This document shows, piece after piece, positions 25,778 to 29,474 of a DNA stretch of 29,474 nucleotides. The stretch is from Pseudomonadota bacterium (GTDB lineage: Bacteria; Bdellovibrionota_B; Oligoflexia; Oligoflexales; CAIMVM01). The stretch spans positions 1 to 29,474 of the forward strand of contig JBAXBA010000040.1 in assembly GCA_037142195.1 (NCBI GenBank), in the 5' to 3' direction. Position 1 is the stretch's first letter. Every line of letters begins with the position of its first letter. Made by a program: the position numbers and the translations under genes. Under the pieces are notes generated by a model, which saw only the letters and a list, made by a program, of their open reading frames with translations, did no database searches and was not told the origin of the DNA.

Positions 25778-28239
25778 TAAAAAGCCACTTTCAGTATGTC
25801 TATAAGTTAAAGCGAAAGAGCTTCTTCCTTGAGATTTTAGTTCAATTGGCAAAAGCACTGATTTTAAGCGCACTCATGCTCGTTGTCTGGCAGTGGCTTC
25901 ATCCGTTTCAAAACACGCCTTCGGTAGTTCTGGCACTGTTAGTTTTTTTGATAACTTTCTGTTGGAAACTGCCAAGGCTTCCTCATAAAATAGAACCAGA
26001 GTCGGGCCTTTTAGGTTTAGAAATAAAGTACCCAGCGAGTAAATTCTCGCCTCTAGAATCTGACGCTCCGTTAAAGGCAGCACTTTCTCATTCTAGCAAG
26101 TCAGCTCCAAACCATGCGGCAGAAGCAGAGTGGGCTTCGAATCTAGAAAAAGAAAAGAAACTGATTCGCAAAATGGAATTTGCACGCATTCAAATGCGAG
26201 TGACTTCCCTTTTTGTTCCCCTTTTATTGGTTTTTGTTTTCTTTAAAATGTCTGATCCCTCTGTAGAGACGACTGTGGACCAATTTAAAGGGATGGTGAG
26301 AAACTTCACACGTGGTAGCCGTCTGGAAGTGGTTTCAGGGCGCTTTGATGAAGGATCTCCCCAGGCCTTTACGTTAGGAAAGACACCTTTTCAAATCACT
26401 TTAACGAGTGAAAATATGCTGCATGTTGTCATTGATACAGGAAGCGACGAAGTGAGCCCTGTCGTTAAGCTTAAAAAAAGCACCGGACAAAAAAATGAAG
26501 AATTCCAAACGTTTCTAGCTTCCCAAGTTCGAAACAAAACTAATGGTCTTAAAGAGCCAGGTTTGTTTGAGCTTAGCTTTAGTTCTCCAGAATCCGCAGA
26601 GCTTTTTATTCCCTCCCTATATGGTGAAAAGAAGTTAGCTAGCTTTCTGGTTAAGGCCTCCCCAACACCTGTGGTTCAAGTGTCAATTAGCACTCAAAAT
26701 CCAAATGATCCCTGGCATGATGAGGACCCTCTGCCTTTATCAATACAAGTAAACTCCTTTCATCCGCTAAGAATCATCAAATTGAAAATATCATCGTCTG
26801 GAAAAAGCTCTTATGAAACCGTAGCAAATATCATGAAAGAGGAAGAAGTTAGATATGATGGGATCTATCCCTTTGATGTCAGGCCCTATGTTGAAAGTGA
26901 CCTAGCAGAAATCGAGTTGTCTGTTTTAGCTGAAGATCGCGCTGTTCCTAAGCCGCTTACGGGAGAAAGTAGAGTTATAAAATTGAAAGTAGCGTCTGCT
27001 TATGGCAGATATCAAATAACCTTGCAAAAATTGCGCAGAGTGAAACAGTCTTTGGATGATGCTTTAAATTCCTCTAATTTTGGGATAAACCCTGACACTC
27101 TGAAGTCGTTCAAAGAAGCAGAGAAGATTTCAGAAACGTCGCCTTACTTTGACGGTCTTGACCGGATGAATTTAGGGAAAATGAGAGAAGATCTTGCAAA
27201 GTCAATGGAGTCTAAAAAAACTTCCCAATTAGTTACTCTTAACGCCGAATTGTCTGATTTTCTCTTTGAGCATGAATCGTTAGATGACCGAGAGCGAGAC
27301 CGTGATTTCTTTGTTGTAGCCAGAGCCTTGTCTCGAGTTCTAGAAGTTGAAGAAGCATCGCGTCCGGCTAAAGCCTCTTTAGTCGGAAACAAAATCATCG
27401 ATTTTTTGGATGGAAGAACCGAGAGATGGAAAAAAAGACTCGAGAGACTCCCTCAAGGGATGACTCCCAAGGAAGCTCAAAACGTCGTCTCTAAAAGAAT
27501 GTTTCAAAAAATGATTCAAAATGTTGTGAGCCTAGGTGAAGGATCTGGTCCTAAAGGTCAAAAAAATCAATTGCTTAATAATAGTTTAAAGCAACTTGCC
27601 AATACGGTCTCTAGTTATAGAGATTGGATCGATAGCCTTGAAAAAGCCGAAGATGAGTTGAGAAAGAATCAGCAGCAAGATAAGCAAAAAGCAATGGCCA
27701 ATGCGGCCAACAAGCTTAAAGAACTGCAGAGAAATCAGGGTGATATTTCCGGTCGCCTCGATCGTGCAGATGTGCGCCAAGATGAGATTTCTAAAGAGTG
27801 GAATGCCACAGCAAGTGCTCAAGATAAAAACAAAAAGAGCACTCAGTCTCTGGTCTCAGAAATGGTTGCCATGTCTCCGGAAGGAGCTAAAAGGCTGGAA
27901 GCTGCATCGGAAGCCATGGGAGAAACTATGAATTCCGGCTCTGCCAAGAATTTTGCTGCAGCTGAAAGTATGTCTGACATGGCGGCGAGGCTTTTAAATC
28001 AGTCCCAAAAGTCGCTACAAGAGAAACAGCAAGAACAGGGGCGGGAACCTAGAAAGCGTCGACAAATTAGTGGAGACAATTCTTTTGGAACTCAGGTGTC
28101 AGGAAACGTCGATCTCAAACGTGACTATACGGTAGACAAGAAATATCGCGAGGAAATTTTGGATAGCATCAATGAAACCCCGGCTGCCAAAGATGATTTG
28201 CCACTCATCAATAATTATCTTAGAAAAACCGTTCGTTAG
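25774..28239 (+). CDS. Large membrane-anchored protein with a beta-rich middle and coiled-coil C-terminus (DUF4175-like architecture)
   Basis: Three N-terminal hydrophobic segments, a Gln/Glu/Lys-rich helical C-terminal third, and an ending of LINNYLRK. ATGA overlap with the hydrolase gene. Confidence 0.65.
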   Translation: MIKSHFQYVYKLKRKSFFLEILVQLAKALILSALMLVVWQWLHPFQNTPSVVLALLVFLITFCWKLPRLPHKIEPESGLLGLEIKYPASKFSPLESDAPLKAALSHSSKSAPNHAAEAEWASNLEKEKKLIRKMEFARIQMRVTSLFVPLLLVFVFFKMSDPSVETTVDQFKGMVRNFTRGSRLEVVSGRFDEGSPQAFTLGKTPFQITLTSENMLHVVIDTGSDEVSPVVKLKKSTGQKNEEFQTFLASQVRNKTNGLKEPGLFELSFSSPESAELFIPSLYGEKKLASFLVKASPTPVVQVSISTQNPNDPWHDEDPLPLSIQVNSFHPLRIIKLKISSSGKSSYETVANIMKEEEVRYDGIYPFDVRPYVESDLAEIELSVLAEDRAVPKPLTGESRVIKLKVASAYGRYQITLQKLRRVKQSLDDALNSSNFGINPDTLKSFKEAEKISETSPYFDGLDRMNLGKMREDLAKSMESKKTSQLVTLNAELSDFLFEHESLDDRERDRDFFVVARALSRVLEVEEASRPAKASLVGNKIIDFLDGRTERWKKRLERLPQGMTPKEAQNVVSKRMFQKMIQNVVSLGEGSGPKGQKNQLLNNSLKQLANTVSSYRDWIDSLEKAEDELRKNQQQDKQKAMANAANKLKELQRNQGDISGRLDRADVRQDEISKEWNATASAQDKNKKSTQSLVSEMVAMSPEGAKRLEAASEAMGETMNSGSAKNFAAAESMSDMAARLLNQSQKSLQEKQQEQGREPRKRRQISGDNSFGTQVSGNVDLKRDYTVDKKYREEILDSINETPAAKDDLPLINNYLRKTVR

Positions 28240-28250
28240 GATAATAGAGC

Positions 28251-29474
28251 ATGGGTTATGGGGCTATTTTTAGACTAGGATTTCCCATTGCCTTAGGTGC
28301 GAGTTCTGGGGTTGCCATGGATCAAATCAATCTTTTGATCACATCTTCTGCGTCCTCTGCGGAGATAGCGGGCGTATCCTTTGTCTCCGGCTTCATTATG
28401 ATCTTTTACTTGGTAACCAGGGGATTTGGTACGGCTCAATCGCTTTTTATCTCCGAAATGCGCGGGCTTCATCGGATCGATTGGGCTTATAAATATTTTT
28501 CGGCTGCTCTCTATCTACGAATTTTTATTTCGATAACAGCGGGATTTTTGATCTACCTGGCAGGGTCCCATTTGGATTCATGGGGACTTTCGAAAGATGT
28601 TGCGGATGTTTCACGGGAGCTGATTCTGTTTTTTTCTGTAGGCGCTTTTTTCTGCCTCTCTTCAAGCATTTTTCGCGATCTATGGGAGTCTTTTGAAGAG
28701 TCAAAGTTTCCTATGTTTGCCATCTTTATCGGCATTGGTGGGAACGGTCTCATAGCATACATTCTTTCCCATCGCCTCCTGGCTTCTCCCTACCCTTCAG
28801 CCCTCGCTTGTGCGATAGGCTTTTTGGGGGGCCAATTCTTAACGTTTGGAATTCTCCTAGTACGTTCAGAAGGCAAACATAGAATTTGGAATCGGGTGCG
28901 GATGTTGCCGGAAAAAAAATATGTGAAAGAGATTCTAAGGGCCGGGAGTCCCATTTCTTTTCAGCAGTTTTGTGAGTGTGCCGCATTTATCACCACAGCC
29001 ATTTTTATTGGCAATTTGGGAACCGACGATTTGGCTGCCAGACAAGTTGCCAATAGTGTCGTCAACATAACGTTCCTCGTGCCTCTAGGGCTGGCCCAAG
29101 CTGCTATGATTCTAGTCGGAAAGCTCGCAGCCCAAAAGGAAGTGGCGTCAATGCGCAAACTTAGCAGGGATGCCCTAGTCCTTACCATATTCTTCATGAC
29201 CTGTTTTGCGGCATTGATTTTCTTCATGAGAGGCCAAATCCCATTGATTTACGGCTTAAATCCAGCGGCCTCTCAAATAGCTACCAACATGCTGATAATA
29301 GCTGCTCTTTTTCAGATTATGGACGGTCTGCAAGTTATGGCTCTAGGACTTCTCAGAGGATGGGGGGATATTACGATTCCTGCGTATCTCGTTATCATTT
29401 CTTGGTGGGGGGTGGCGATCAATGGCATTCGGTTAAGACCTGACCGCATTCGGTTAAGGGCTCGACGTAACCCC
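28251..29474 (+). CDS. MATE-family efflux transporter, 3'-incomplete
   Basis: Open frame from ATG 28251 to the window end, absent from the ORF track because it has no stop. Motifs RLGFPIA, LAARQVA, FLVPLGLAQAA and LFQIMDGLQVMALGLLRGWGDITIP. Confidence 0.88.
   Translation, partial: MGYGAIFRLGFPIALGASSGVAMDQINLLITSSASSAEIAGVSFVSGFIMIFYLVTRGFGTAQSLFISEMRGLHRIDWAYKYFSAALYLRIFISITAGFLIYLAGSHLDSWGLSKDVADVSRELILFFSVGAFFCLSSSIFRDLWESFEESKFPMFAIFIGIGGNGLIAYILSHRLLASPYPSALACAIGFLGGQFLTFGILLVRSEGKHRIWNRVRMLPEKKYVKEILRAGSPISFQQFCECAAFITTAIFIGNLGTDDLAARQVANSVVNITFLVPLGLAQAAMILVGKLAAQKEVASMRKLSRDALVLTIFFMTCFAALIFFMRGQIPLIYGLNPAASQIATNMLIIAALFQIMDGLQVMALGLLRGWGDITIPAYLVIISWWGVAINGIRLRPDRIRLRARRNP
29425..29458. 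repeat. 13-bp direct repeat GCATTCGGTTAAG x2, possibly the end of an inserted element
   Basis: Copies lie at 29425-29437 and 29446-29458. MATE-like hydrophobic sequence stops at about 29420. Confidence 0.5.

Noticed and set aside
876..27931. Numerous 60-130 aa ORFs overlapping larger genes
   Set aside because: They are antisense or alternate-frame shadows of well-supported CDSs, without recognisable motifs.
28553..29227. Short minus-strand ORFs suggesting a fragmented gene
   Set aside because: They are shadows of the continuous + strand MATE frame starting at 28251.

Overview
The window has three parts. (1) 1-3574 is accessory DNA: an IS-like DDE transposase and a redox-stress cassette (aldehyde reductase-like SDR, DUF1330, HxlR-family regulator) with tandem palindromic operators. 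(2) 3575-21577 is a complete ~18 kb integrative island inserted in the 3' end of the tmRNA gene (ssrA, 21555-21909, minus strand, tag GNDYALAA) and bounded by an exact 23-bp direct repeat. Its backbone resembles a phage satellite: P4-family integrase, putative regulator, AlpA, Toprim primase and D5/SF3 helicase split at a UUU-UGA +1 junction, an iteron-like origin, and a small HTH protein. No capsid or tail genes are visible. Its cargo is a GNAT, a TIGR02147 regulator with a divergent secreted protein, a five-gene type I restriction-modification operon (hsdR-orf213-hsdS-yhcG-hsdM) and a MauJ/ApeA-like HEPN protein. The most striking observation is that orf213 looks like a free-standing paralog of the C-terminal domain of the neighbouring HsdR, so it may be a built-in decoy or regulator of restriction. 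(3) 21555-29474 is host chromosome: ssrA, purK, purE, an outer-membrane protein, an unannotated 49-aa membrane peptide with a sigma54-type promoter, a catalytically degenerate alpha/beta hydrolase, a large coiled-coil membrane protein, and a MATE transporter apparently interrupted near the window edge. The tmRNA tag and TIGR02147 suggest a Bdellovibrionota-like host (inference). All family calls are made by eye from motifs; no searches were run.
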